Of a stretch of DNA of 28,213 bases, positions 8,567-18,590 are shown one piece after another; position 1 is the stretch's first letter; each line of letters begins with the position of its first letter. Origin of the DNA: Microcystaceae cyanobacterium. GTDB taxonomy: Bacteria > Cyanobacteriota > Cyanobacteriia > Cyanobacteriales > Microcystaceae. The stretch covers positions 1-28,213 of the forward strand of contig JBGTGT010000134.1 in NCBI GenBank assembly GCA_041746575.1, written 5' to 3'. Under the pieces are notes generated by a model. The model ran no database searches, had not been told where the DNA came from, and saw only the letters and a program-made list of their open reading frames with translations. Position numbers and translations under genes: made by a program.

Positions 8567-10177
8567 TTAGGAAGATTCAGCAACAGACGGCAGTTCCAAT
8601 TTCAGAAAAATCGGCTCAGGTTTGCCGAGAGGGGGGTTAACCGGAAGTTTTCCCCATTGACTGTGTATGGGAAAGGGAGCTTGATTGATAAGTGCTTCAG
8701 AATCATTAAAGTTTACCGCAAATCCTAAATATTGATAAATTTTATGGCTTAGATTGGGAATAATGGGAGATAGCAGATAAGCGCACAAACGGACAGATTC
8801 AAGGACAGAATATAAAATCTGCTCAACTTCTGTCTGTTTTCCCTGTTTATGTAAACTCCAAGGCGCACTTTCATCAATATACTTGTTACTCATGCTCACA
8901 AGGGTTAAAATCTCCTCGCATCCCAAACTTAATTGTAGATGCTGATAGGCTTGACTAACCCTTTGTCCTAAAGATTCTCCCACCGTTTTTAGGGGATGAT
9001 CTAGGGGCAATGTTTCCGCTGTTACGTTGATCTTTCCCTCTACACAATATTTATTAAACATCCCCAAGGTACGGCTTAATAAATTGCCTAAATCATTGGC
9101 TAAATCAGCGTTAAGAATATTCACAAAGCGGGTTTCATTGAAATCTCCGTCTCGACCTAATTCGATCTCTTTGAGGAAATAATAGCGCACGGCATCCGAG
9201 CCATAGCGTTCTACTAAGTCCAAGGGATCAAGGGTATTGCCTAAACTTTTACCCATTTTTAGACCCTCTTTTGTCAGGAAACCATGACCAAAGACCTGAT
9301 GGGGTAAAGTGACACCTGCCGACATTAACATAGCCGGCCAGTAAATGGCATGAAAGCGCAAGATATCTTTACCAATGAGGTGCAAATTGATAGGCCACCA
9401 TCGGGAAAGCGCATTTTCTAGGGTGGGTTCTTGATCGGCTTCTAATAAGGCGGTAACGTAGCCTAAGAGGGCATCAAACCACACGTAAATGGTCTGTTTG
9501 GGATCTTGCGGTATGGGAAATCCCCAAGATACGTTTAGACGTGAAATGGAAAAATCTTGTAATCCTCGCTGAACAAAGTTTAAGACTTCATGTTTACGGC
9601 TGGCGGGTTGGATGAAATTGGGATTTTCTGTATAAAAGGTTTCTAACGCGGTTTGATATTGGGATAAGCGAAAAAAGTAGTTTTCTTCATCGCGCCATTC
9701 GGCTTTTTTATTCCGATGAATGGCACAGCAACCGTCTTCTAATAATTCCCGTTCTTCTTTAAATTCTTCACAGCTAACACAGTACCAGCCTTTTTGTTGC
9801 GCCAGATAAATATCCCCCTTTTGCCAAACTCGTTCAAAAAATTCTTGTACAATGGCATGATGGCGGGGATCAGTGGTACGACTAAAGCGATCATATTGAA
9901 TATTTAATTTTTGCCAAAGGGCTTTGAAATGACCGACAATTTCATCACAATGGCTTTGGGGATCTCGTTGCTTTTCTTCGGCAGTGCGTTGAATCTTTTG
10001 ACCGTGTTCGTCTGTTCCGGTAATTAAAAGAACGGCATGGCCTTGTAGGCGATGAAAACGAGCGATCGCATCGGCAACCATTGTCGTATAAGCACTACCG
10101 ACATGGGGAACATCATTGACATAGTAAAGGGGGGTTGTTAAAGAAAATTGACGAGAATTTGAAGAAAAATGGGTCAT
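8567..10177 (-). CDS. metG: Methionyl-tRNA synthetase (short form)
   Basis: TTPLYYVNDVPHVGSAY (HIGH), TGTDEHGQKI, CVSC knuckle, YVWFDAL, KMGKS (KMSKS). Confidence 0.98.
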   Translation of the reverse strand: MTHFSSNSRQFSLTTPLYYVNDVPHVGSAYTTMVADAIARFHRLQGHAVLLITGTDEHGQKIQRTAEEKQRDPQSHCDEIVGHFKALWQKLNIQYDRFSRTTDPRHHAIVQEFFERVWQKGDIYLAQQKGWYCVSCEEFKEERELLEDGCCAIHRNKKAEWRDEENYFFRLSQYQTALETFYTENPNFIQPASRKHEVLNFVQRGLQDFSISRLNVSWGFPIPQDPKQTIYVWFDALLGYVTALLEADQEPTLENALSRWWPINLHLIGKDILRFHAIYWPAMLMSAGVTLPHQVFGHGFLTKEGLKMGKSLGNTLDPLDLVERYGSDAVRYYFLKEIELGRDGDFNETRFVNILNADLANDLGNLLSRTLGMFNKYCVEGKINVTAETLPLDHPLKTVGESLGQRVSQAYQHLQLSLGCEEILTLVSMSNKYIDESAPWSLHKQGKQTEVEQILYSVLESVRLCAYLLSPIIPNLSHKIYQYLGFAVNFNDSEALINQAPFPIHSQWGKLPVNPPLGKPEPIFLKLELPSVAESS

Positions 10178-10344
10178 ATATAAGGTTTATTTTAGAAAAG
10201 CTGCACCTTTAAAATGAAACAGACGGGTGCAAGCCAACAAACAATTATTGTAAAAGTATTGTAAAAGATTATTCTGTTTTTATATATTCTATTCATAGCA
10301 AACTTTTGCCCAATAAAACTATAAAAAGATCATTAAAGATAAAA

Positions 10345-11469
10345 TCATTCTCGAGATAGATGTAATAAGTCCTTTAATTTATACTGTAAAGCCGCTTGAC
10401 TAAATTGGGCGAGGGTTTTTTGGCGTAACCATTCTCCTTTACATCGAGGATCGTTGCCTTGCAGAATTTCAAGACAAGCTTTGGCGACAGCTTGGGGATC
10501 GCGGTGGGGAACCTGCCAGCCCAGTTTGCCATCCTGCAGGGGGTCAGCAGAGCCATCTCCCGCTCCCGCTAAAACGGGAATTCCGCAGGCCATCGCCTCT
10601 AAATAAACGATGCCAAATCCTTCTTGAGAGGGCATAATATAGGCATCAGACAGACGATAATGGGCAACTAAATCTTCTGTCGGAACAAATCCTGCAAAAA
10701 TAACTCGATCTGCTACCCCCAAATCCTTTGCTAACTGTAATAGTCGCGGTTGATCATCCCCGCGTCCGATGACTAAATATTTGACATCGGGAAAATCCTG
10801 TAAAATACGGGGTAAAGCGCGAATCGTCACATCAACGCCTTTGTATATATCCCCAGACCATAATCTTGCCACCGTCATCAAGACTTTATTCTCGCCGATG
10901 CTATATTTTGTCAGTAACTCAGGCGGTTTTGCGCCGGGGGTAAATTGATGTTCGTTGACGACGCAGGGTAATATTTCGACTTTTTTCGGAGAAATTTGGT
11001 TAGATTCGCAGAGTTTATCGCGACTATGACGGCTGATTGTCCAAATTTGATCTGCTTTTTGTAGAGACTGTTTTTTTGGCAGGGATAAGGGTTGCCAGAC
11101 TTCTTTGCCGTAAGTCAATACTGTGTAGGGAACGTTCAGAGGCTGACAAAGAAAACGAACGAGGGGAGCTAAATTAATATGACCACAGAATACTCGTTGC
11201 GGACGATGGTTGAGCAGGGTGTTTAGTAAGGCAAATGTTAACTTGATTCGCCCTTGCCAAGGAGGAAGGGTTTTGAGGTAATGAAATTGTAAATTTTTGG
11301 TTTCAAAGGGGTTATCACATCCGACTTCATCTCTGAGTAAGAAAATTTGAGCTTTCAAAGAAGTTTGATCCGGTAAAGTCGAATAAGCTCGAAAAATATC
11401 CTTAACATAGGATTGGATTCCTCCTTCTTGTGAAAAAATCTCTAGAAATGTAAAAATATGGGACTTCAT
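10345..11469 (-). CDS. Family 4 glycosyltransferase
   Basis: YKGVD and EGFGIVYLEAMACG GT-B motifs; likely start MKSHIF at 11469. Confidence 0.9.
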   Translation of the reverse strand: MKSHIFTFLEIFSQEGGIQSYVKDIFRAYSTLPDQTSLKAQIFLLRDEVGCDNPFETKNLQFHYLKTLPPWQGRIKLTFALLNTLLNHRPQRVFCGHINLAPLVRFLCQPLNVPYTVLTYGKEVWQPLSLPKKQSLQKADQIWTISRHSRDKLCESNQISPKKVEILPCVVNEHQFTPGAKPPELLTKYSIGENKVLMTVARLWSGDIYKGVDVTIRALPRILQDFPDVKYLVIGRGDDQPRLLQLAKDLGVADRVIFAGFVPTEDLVAHYRLSDAYIMPSQEGFGIVYLEAMACGIPVLAGAGDGSADPLQDGKLGWQVPHRDPQAVAKACLEILQGNDPRCKGEWLRQKTLAQFSQAALQYKLKDLLHLSRE

Positions 11470-11707
11470 AAGTTGATAGGTTATATGAATAAAAAAGCGG
11501 TTAAAAAGGTGAATCATTAATAAAAATTATTAACTTACTGTAAACTATACACCATCGCTGAAGGCCGCCTGAGAATTCGGTTTTGATGATTTAATGGGTC
11601 TTAAAGCGTTAAATAAATTAAATTTTATATCCTAAGTGAGTTACTGAAGGGAGCAATTTCTGCTATAAATACTGATCAGCTTACTGCACAATACTCATTT
11701 TTTTAAG

Positions 11708-12070
11708 ATGAACATTACGGGCTATCTACACACGGCAATTTTAGTGTCTGATTTAGAGAAAGCAGCCTATTTTTATGGTTATGTTTTAGGCTTAACGCTG
11801 GTAAATCGTCCCTTAAATTTTCCGGGTCTTTGGTATCAAATTAACGAGATACAAATTCATGTGATGGTACATAGTAATGCTCAAAAAAAGCTATGTAATG
11901 CTCAAAAATGGGGACGAAATCCTCACATTGCTCTCTGTGTTGAAGATTTAGACGTCGCGATCGCTCGTTTAAAATCTTACCATTGCCCGATTCAAATGAG
12001 TGCATCCGGAAGACCTGCTTTCTTTACGCAAGACCTTGATGGCAATATCATTGAAATTAACCAAGCTTAA
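11708..12070 (+). CDS. VOC/glyoxalase-family protein
   Basis: LHTAILVSDLEKAAYFY, HIAL, DLDGNIIE. Confidence 0.9.
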   Translation: MNITGYLHTAILVSDLEKAAYFYGYVLGLTLVNRPLNFPGLWYQINEIQIHVMVHSNAQKKLCNAQKWGRNPHIALCVEDLDVAIARLKSYHCPIQMSASGRPAFFTQDLDGNIIEINQA

Positions 12071-12097
12071 ACTTTATTTTATTAAGGTGTTTTTACA

Positions 12098-13168
12098 TTG
12101 AAAAAAAACAATCAACGATGGCGATTAATCAAAGTGATGACCCATAAATATTGGCATCGCACGCAGCGTCGTTTAGCTAAGTATTGGAATATCAATAGCG
12201 GGGAGTGGTCTTGGTTAAATGATCAACCGATGCCTGTTGCGGCAATCAATCGTCATTTATGGCGACTATCTGTTCCTTCTTTTAGTTTTCATTTACTTTT
12301 AGGTCTTTCTGGCATTATTGCGACATTTGGTCTCTTAGCAAACAGTGTAGCCATTATTATCGGGGCGATGATTATTGCACCTCTAATGGGGCCAATTATT
12401 GGTATTGCCTATGCGATGACGATAGGAAATCGTCGCTTACTCCGTCGTTCGAGTCTAACGTTAGGCACAGGGGTACTTTTAACGGTTTTCCTGTCTTGGA
12501 TGATTTGCCATATCAGTGGCTTAAAATCAGGCAATTCTGAGATTTTAGCGCGAGCAAACCCGACATTAATTGATTTGGGGGTAGCGTTAGCGGCGGGAGC
12601 GGCAGGTGCTTTTGCTAATTCTCGTCGTCATATTGCGGATGCCTTACCCGGTGTGGCCATTGCCGTTGCCCTCGCGCCTCCCTTAAGCGTGACGGGAATT
12701 GCCTTATGTTGGGGAGAACGATCATTATTTACGGGGTCATTATTGCTTTTTACCACTAATCTTATTAGTATTATTTTTAGCGGTGGTTTAGTCTTTCTTT
12801 TGCAACGATATGGCAAGATTAAAAAGGCACAACATGGGTTATTGGTTTCTGTTCTGACTTTAATGACGTTGGGTATCCCATTAGGAATTCAGATGAAAAA
12901 CTTAATTATCCAAGAACAAGTGCGTCAAAGTATTCGTCAGTTAATTGATAATCAAAATATTGTTTCTTTTAAAGGGAAGATCTATTCAATCAAGGTTAAA
13001 ACCCAAGAGGATCAATTGTTAGTTAATGTAGAAATTGCCACCCAAGCCAATAGTATTAATGTCTCAAAAGCCAATTATATTCGAGAATTATTAACTCAAG
13101 AATTCCAACAACCTGTAAGATTAGAATTAACGATTATTCCTGTAGAAGTTATTAGAAGTAATCCTTAA
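12098..13168 (+). CDS. DUF389/TIGR00341-family membrane protein
   Basis: IATFGLLANSVAIIIGAMIIAPLMGPI and LPGVAIAVALAPPL; several TM segments; start uncertain. Confidence 0.88.
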   Translation: MKKNNQRWRLIKVMTHKYWHRTQRRLAKYWNINSGEWSWLNDQPMPVAAINRHLWRLSVPSFSFHLLLGLSGIIATFGLLANSVAIIIGAMIIAPLMGPIIGIAYAMTIGNRRLLRRSSLTLGTGVLLTVFLSWMICHISGLKSGNSEILARANPTLIDLGVALAAGAAGAFANSRRHIADALPGVAIAVALAPPLSVTGIALCWGERSLFTGSLLLFTTNLISIIFSGGLVFLLQRYGKIKKAQHGLLVSVLTLMTLGIPLGIQMKNLIIQEQVRQSIRQLIDNQNIVSFKGKIYSIKVKTQEDQLLVNVEIATQANSINVSKANYIRELLTQEFQQPVRLELTIIPVEVIRSNP

Positions 13169-13215
13169 AAAAACGGATTGATAGGAAATTATACTCTTTT
13201 AATAAAATAAATAGA

Positions 13216-13842
13216 TTAAAGTTTCAAATTTTTAAATAATTGTTTAGCTTTATTTAAGTCTTTATTTCCAGGCGAATGTTCTACGCCACTCGATAAATCA
13301 ATGCCGTCAGGTTGTACTGCTTTTAGCGCATCAATCACATTATCGGGGGTTAATCCTCCCGCTAAAAACCAAGGTAAGGAAAAGGTTAATCGAGATAGAA
13401 TGTCTTGCTCAATTCTTTGTCCTGTTCCTCCTAATTGTAGAGGATGATAGGCATCCAGCAACAATGTATCGACATAAGAATGATAAAGAGTAATTTGTGC
13501 TAAAGATTCAATATTTTTGAGACGAAAGGCTTTAATTAATTCAATATTGGGTAAAGTTTGTTTAATTTCTTGGCAGACTTCAGGGGATTCTTCTCCGTGT
13601 AATTGAACACCCGTTAACCCTGTATTCTGTACGATTTGCTTAATTTTATCGGGTTGTGAATGGGCAAAAACACCAATCTTTTCTGTTTTTTGCGGAAGTT
13701 TTGCGATAATTTTGCTGATTTTTTCTGGGGGAACATAACGCGGCGAAGAAGGTACACAGATAAATCCTAGAGCAGTTGCTCCTAAATCGGCGAGCGCTTG
13801 ACCTTGTTCAACTTGTGTAATCCCACAAATTTTAATGCGCAT
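13216..13842 (-). CDS. trpF: Phosphoribosylanthranilate isomerase
   Basis: KICGIT, QLHGEE, LLDA, GGTG, LAGGLTPDNV, DLSSGVE. Confidence 0.97.
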   Translation of the reverse strand: MRIKICGITQVEQGQALADLGATALGFICVPSSPRYVPPEKISKIIAKLPQKTEKIGVFAHSQPDKIKQIVQNTGLTGVQLHGEESPEVCQEIKQTLPNIELIKAFRLKNIESLAQITLYHSYVDTLLLDAYHPLQLGGTGQRIEQDILSRLTFSLPWFLAGGLTPDNVIDALKAVQPDGIDLSSGVEHSPGNKDLNKAKQLFKNLKL

Positions 13843-13852
13843 TTGTCAGATA

Positions 13853-13912
13853 ATTAAGAAGTGTTAAGTCTTTCAATGAATTGTTATTAAGATTCAAAGA
13901 GATCCCTATAAT
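13853..13912 (+). promoter_or_regulatory. psaK promoter: HLR1-like (RpaB) direct repeat and TATAAT -10
   Basis: ATTAAGAA-GT-GTTAAGTC (13853-13870) lies about -66 to -49 from the start expected after TATAAT (13907-13912). Confidence 0.55.
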
Positions 13913-13954
13913 AACTCTAGTTTGCATCCATTTACCGCAATCTAGGAGAAATTT

Positions 13955-14230
13955 ATGTTATCCAATATCCTGATTTTAGCAGAAACGGCAACCCGTACTA
14001 CGGTTCCTTGGAATTTATCGGTGGGAATTATCATGATTTTTGCCAATCTATTTGCGATTGTTATTGGTTATTTTGCCATTCAACAAACAGGCAAAGGACC
14101 GAGTCTTCCCTTCCCACAATTAGCATCAAAAAAAAGCTTTGGTCTTCCTGAATTATTAGCAACCACAAGCTTAGGTCATATTTTAGGAGCAGGGATCATC
14201 TTAGGATTAGCTAATGCAGGGGTTTTATAA
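13955..14230 (+). CDS. psaK: Photosystem I subunit PsaK
   Basis: Two TM helices; FGLPELLATTSLGHILGAGIILGLANAGVL; AGGAG RBS. Confidence 0.96.
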   Translation: MLSNILILAETATRTTVPWNLSVGIIMIFANLFAIVIGYFAIQQTGKGPSLPFPQLASKKSFGLPELLATTSLGHILGAGIILGLANAGVL

Positions 14231-14282
14231 TTTCCTCTCAAAAGGAAGCATCCTATCAGTTTACTGTTTTGATTTCAGACAT

Positions 14283-14314
14283 TCCCCTTAACCTAAAATG
14301 AAGGGGATTTTTTT
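14283..14314 (+). terminator. Intrinsic terminator after psaK
   Basis: TCCCCTT-11 nt-AAGGGGA followed by T7. Confidence 0.7.
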
Positions 14315-14340
14315 ATATCAGAAAGATTGATCCTATTTTA

Positions 14341-14546
14341 ACGTGAGTTCGACGAGGGCAATTATCTTAATTCTTTTGTCTATTCTAATTGGGATTAGGA
14401 AAGAAAAACGAATTCTTGATTGGGGGACTAGCCCCCCAAACCCCCCGACGGGGGACGGAGTGCCTCCCCCGTACCCCCTGCACAAAATAAATGAAAAAAA
14501 ATTAAATAAAGAAGGCTCGTAGATTTTTTGAAGGTCGAACTCACGT
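14341..14546. mobile_element. MITE copy 2 (IS982-like ends), 206 bp, inverted relative to copy 1
   Basis: Same 13-bp TIRs; flanking 7-bp direct repeat TATTTTA (14334-14340 and 14547-14553); shared GC hairpin core. Confidence 0.9.
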
Positions 14547-14607
14547 TATTTTAACTTGAAGAAACAGAATTAATCTTTTAAAATTCGTTATAATCTCATC
14601 ATTAAAT

Positions 14608-15825
14608 CTAAGGGGTGGGTAACGGTTGACCTTGTTTTTGTTGATTCACCTCTTGGATTTTAGTTACAAAATAATCTTCTTCATAGCTAATGGCACGAGC
14701 CAGTTCTAATCCTTTAGAAAAGGCAACTAAAGCAGCGTCATATTGATTATTATTCTGATAAATTAAACCAATTCGCTCATAGGTTTTCATCAGTCCATAA
14801 TAATTGTAAGACGCTCGTTCGACTTTAATCAGTTCTTGATAAATTTGTAAAGCAAAATCATTCTGCTCGGTTTTTTCGTATAGGCTTCCTAATCTTTTCA
14901 AAGCTTCTCCTGCCGCTCCAAATTGCTCCAGTGTCCAAGCTAAAGAAAAGGCTTCTTGATAATTTTGACTGGCAGATTCTAATTGATCGAGGACTTCGTA
15001 ATCCATTGCAATGGAAATTTTTAGGTTAGGAATTAAGTTAATTTTTTTATCCTTTAAGTAACTTTCTGCTAACTCTTCTTTGATTTTAATACTATTCTCG
15101 GGTTGAGCTGCTTCGGTATAAATTTTAGCTAATTGTTGCAAGTAAATACCTTCATCATAAGTATTTTTTTCTGCTTGCGCTTGCTCTAATAATTGCTCAT
15201 AAATGATCGCCGCCTTGGGATAGTCAAATTTTGCTAAATAGAGTTTTCCTAATGCTTTTAAACTGGTTTCTTCTGCTGCCGTCTGTTGAGAAACTTGAGC
15301 ATTTTTCAAGATTTGTTCTTCGATAACAATTGCGCGATCAATTTCTCGTAAATTCTGATAGGCAACGGCTAAAGCGGCTAATAATTCAGGGGTTAAAGTC
15401 TTATTTTGGCTATTTTCTCGCTGAATATTCATCAGTCGTTGGGTAATAATTTGAACGTTTTCTGTTTGTCCTTTATCCCAAGCAATTCCTCCAATTCTGC
15501 CTAACGCTTTTACTTCTTCTAATGTACTTAATTTTCGCCATAATCTGAGTTCTTTATACCAAATTTCCCATGCTTGTTCATTATTACCTTGATCTAATTG
15601 AGTTTGTGCTTCTATCGTCATCTCTGCTAATCTTTCTCTTAATAATCGTTGTTCAAAAGGGGTCATCGGACGATCAATGACCGGAATACGAGGATCGTAA
15701 GTTGGTAATTCTAGAGGATTTGGCGGAAATTCGTCTTCTTGAGCAAAAACAGGAGGATTTTTTAGATCTGAAACTTCCAAGATGCTGAGAGCAATCAAAA
15801 TTACGAAAGGAGATAAGCGTTTCAT
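14608..15825 (-). CDS. Exported tetratricopeptide-repeat protein
   Basis: Signal-like MKRLSPFVILIALSIL...VFAQ; repeated LGxLY...AxxxYQxAL helices. Confidence 0.82.
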   Translation of the reverse strand: MKRLSPFVILIALSILEVSDLKNPPVFAQEDEFPPNPLELPTYDPRIPVIDRPMTPFEQRLLRERLAEMTIEAQTQLDQGNNEQAWEIWYKELRLWRKLSTLEEVKALGRIGGIAWDKGQTENVQIITQRLMNIQRENSQNKTLTPELLAALAVAYQNLREIDRAIVIEEQILKNAQVSQQTAAEETSLKALGKLYLAKFDYPKAAIIYEQLLEQAQAEKNTYDEGIYLQQLAKIYTEAAQPENSIKIKEELAESYLKDKKINLIPNLKISIAMDYEVLDQLESASQNYQEAFSLAWTLEQFGAAGEALKRLGSLYEKTEQNDFALQIYQELIKVERASYNYYGLMKTYERIGLIYQNNNQYDAALVAFSKGLELARAISYEEDYFVTKIQEVNQQKQGQPLPTP

Positions 15826-15935
15826 TGTGTTTAAATTGAGCCAATCGTTCACTATTTTACAAGAGACGATCTCAAAAGCGATTTTGGACAACGAGAGACA
15901 AAAAATGTTAAGGTTTGAACCAAGGATTTGAGGAA

Positions 15936-17090
15936 ATGAGGGTGAGTAAAAAGCTAAGAGTCTGGGTGAGTCTTTTTCTAATAATAATAATCACAGCTTG
16001 GAATAGTCCTTTAATCGCTATTGCCGATGATCGCTTATTTTTGAACTTGTCTCTCGAATTTTTAGGAGAGTACCAACTGCCGAAACAGGATTTTGAGCAG
16101 ACAGGAGTGGGGGGATTATCTGCGATCGCCTATGATCAAAAAAGAGACTGTTTTTATGCTCTATCCGATGACCGTTCCCTCAAGAATCCTGCGCGCTTTT
16201 ATACCCTTAAAATGTCTCTTAAACCCTCTATTGCGGGAGATATTACCCTAGATCGCGTCACGGTGGAAAAGGTGACGTTTTTTAGAGATAAGGACGGTAA
16301 TCTTTATTCTCCTTATGCCATTGATCCGGAAGGTTTAGCCTTTTCTCCTAGAGACACACTTTTTATTTCGACGGAAGGAAACGTAAAAAAACAAATTGAT
16401 CCTTTTATTGCTGAATTTAACTTAGAAACGGGGCGATTCATCCAAACTGTTCCGCTACCGAAACGGTTTCTTTTTCACCCCTCAGATCAGTCTCTTAACG
16501 GCGTTCGAGAAAATAGAGGTTTTGAAGCGTTAACCATCGGTAAAACGAGTATTTTAAGGGATGATCCCTTCCGTCTTTTTGCTTCTCCAGAATATTCTCT
16601 TTCCCAAGATATTCCCACGACTTCTGACAAAAAATCTCCTTTGCGATGGCTTCATTATGTAATTAATCCCATCGGGGAACCTGTGTTAATCTCAGAACAG
16701 GTTTATCTATTAGAACCTGCCCCCTTGGGAACGTTACTGTACGGTCTAAGCGAATTGGTCACCCTGCCAAAGGAAGGCTATTGGTTGAGTTTAGAACGAA
16801 TTTTTGGCGTTTTTGGCTTTCAGGCGAAAATTTTTCAAGTCGTGACAGCAGATGCTACTGATACCTCTCGCATTTTAAAATTTCAGGGTGATTTATCAAG
16901 GATTAAACCGTTATACAAAAAATTGTTGCTGAATTTACCTCAAAAAGGCATCGAAATTGATAATTTAGAAGGAATGACCATTGGACCTATTCTACCGGAT
17001 GGTAGTCCTAGCTTAGTGTTGGTCAGTGATAATAATTTTAAAGCGGAAGAAATTACCCAATTTTTGTTATTTCGTTTAAAAAAAGGATAA
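15936..17090 (+). CDS. Esterase-like activity of phytase (Phytase-like) family secreted protein
   Basis: Signal peptide, GGLSAIAYD, ALSDD, DPEG, NRGFEAL, DNLEG, VSDNNF. Confidence 0.9.
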   Translation: MRVSKKLRVWVSLFLIIIITAWNSPLIAIADDRLFLNLSLEFLGEYQLPKQDFEQTGVGGLSAIAYDQKRDCFYALSDDRSLKNPARFYTLKMSLKPSIAGDITLDRVTVEKVTFFRDKDGNLYSPYAIDPEGLAFSPRDTLFISTEGNVKKQIDPFIAEFNLETGRFIQTVPLPKRFLFHPSDQSLNGVRENRGFEALTIGKTSILRDDPFRLFASPEYSLSQDIPTTSDKKSPLRWLHYVINPIGEPVLISEQVYLLEPAPLGTLLYGLSELVTLPKEGYWLSLERIFGVFGFQAKIFQVVTADATDTSRILKFQGDLSRIKPLYKKLLLNLPQKGIEIDNLEGMTIGPILPDGSPSLVLVSDNNFKAEEITQFLLFRLKKG

Positions 17091-17104
17091 ATTTAAATAA
17101 AATA

Positions 17105-18100
17105 ATGATAGAAATGCCAATAAATTTGAATTCGTCTTTATCCCTTTCGCCGATGGGATGTGGCACGTGGGCATGGGGCAATCAACTGCTTTGGGATTAT
17201 GACCCCAATATGGATGACGCTTTGCAACAGGTGTTTAATCTTGCCGTGGCAAATGGGGTAACCTTGTTTGATACGGGAGACTCTTATGGCACAGGGAAGT
17301 TAAAAGGGCGCAGTGAAAGTCTTTTAGGACAATTTTTGCGAGAATATCAGGGAACAAACCAAGATAAGGTCTGTTTAGCCACCAAGTTAGCGGCTTATCC
17401 TTGGCGATTAACGGCAAATTCCATGATCTCTGCTTGGCAGAAATCTAGCGAAAGACTGGGTAAAAATGTAGATTTAGTCCAAATGCACTGGTCAACCGCC
17501 AATTATGCTCCTTGGCAAGAGAAATCTCTCTTAAACGGTTTAGTAAGGCTTTATGAACAGGGGAAAGTAAAAGGAGTTGGCTTATCGAATTACGGTACAA
17601 AAAGACTAAAGAAAGTCTACCAATCTTTTGCGGATAGGGGGGTACCGATTGCCACCTTACAAGTGCAGTATTCTCTCTTATCTACCTATCCGGTGACAGA
17701 GTTAGGCTTGAAAAACGTTTGTGATGAGCTAGGAATTCAATTAATTGCTTATAGTCCCTTAGCCCTCGGTTTATTAACAGGGAAATATGGTGAAGGAAAG
17801 CCTTTTCCCAAAGGGTTAAGAGGGTTTTTATTTAAACCATTTTTTCCGAAAATTAATCCTTTATTATCTTGTTTAGAAGCCATTGCCCAAGAAAGAGAGA
17901 AAACCTTAGCCCAAATCGCTTTAAATTGGTGTATGGTAAAAGGCACCATTCCGATTCCGGGGGCGAAAAATAAGGAACAAATGAGAGAGAATATAGGGGC
18001 ATTAGGATGGCGACTGAGTGAAGGAGAAGTTAAAGAATTAGATAATTTTGCTCAACGCTCTGAAAAGAAAATGATTCAAAATATCTTTCAAACGAGGTAA
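17105..18100 (+). CDS. Aldo/keto reductase
   Basis: GCGTWAWG, FDTGDSYG, ATK, QMHW, GLSN, AYSPLALG, IPGAK. Confidence 0.93.
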   Translation: MIEMPINLNSSLSLSPMGCGTWAWGNQLLWDYDPNMDDALQQVFNLAVANGVTLFDTGDSYGTGKLKGRSESLLGQFLREYQGTNQDKVCLATKLAAYPWRLTANSMISAWQKSSERLGKNVDLVQMHWSTANYAPWQEKSLLNGLVRLYEQGKVKGVGLSNYGTKRLKKVYQSFADRGVPIATLQVQYSLLSTYPVTELGLKNVCDELGIQLIAYSPLALGLLTGKYGEGKPFPKGLRGFLFKPFFPKINPLLSCLEAIAQEREKTLAQIALNWCMVKGTIPIPGAKNKEQMRENIGALGWRLSEGEVKELDNFAQRSEKKMIQNIFQTR

Positions 18101-18161
18101 TCATAAACTGAAGTGGGGATCATTCGAGAGGAACGCTATACTGAGTTGACGCTAAGGTTTT

Positions 18162-18590
18162 TTATTCCCAAAAATCTTGATTGAGAAGGTCATCTAAAGA
18201 TCGGGTAAATTGCCATGTATCAGAAAAATCAGTGTTTTTATATTCTGGGCGCAATTTTTTGAGACATTGATTATAGTCATTTTGTAAGCTAGGAGACGTC
18301 TCAATTAAGTCTTCAATTTCAGGGCGAATATGACGAACGGTTCTTTCCCAACCTTTGTATTCAAGGGGCATATCCACATAGCAACGTTTCATAAGATACT
18401 CTACTAATGCCCGAATTTGCCCTTTAAAGGCGTTCCTTTGCGCTTTTCCCAAGGAGTCTATCTCCTCAATTAAGTTGACAATATCTAATTGTTGAAAATC
18501 TCCATTTTGTAAGTGGGTAATCGTTTCTGCTGTCCATTTTAAAAAGTCGTCGTCGTACAATGATTTTGTGGATATTAACGCTTGTACCAT
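18162..18590 (-). CDS. DUF29-family protein
   Basis: LYDDDFLKW...LQNGDFQQLDIVNLIEEIDSLG, SPSL, C-terminal DFW. Confidence 0.9.
   Translation of the reverse strand: MVQALISTKSLYDDDFLKWTAETITHLQNGDFQQLDIVNLIEEIDSLGKAQRNAFKGQIRALVEYLMKRCYVDMPLEYKGWERTVRHIRPEIEDLIETSPSLQNDYNQCLKKLRPEYKNTDFSDTWQFTRSLDDLLNQDFWE

Noticed and set aside
5686..14546. CRISPR array or invertible segment between the two inverted repeats
   Set aside because: No repeat-spacer periodicity or cas genes; each MITE keeps its own matched target duplication, so no net inversion between them
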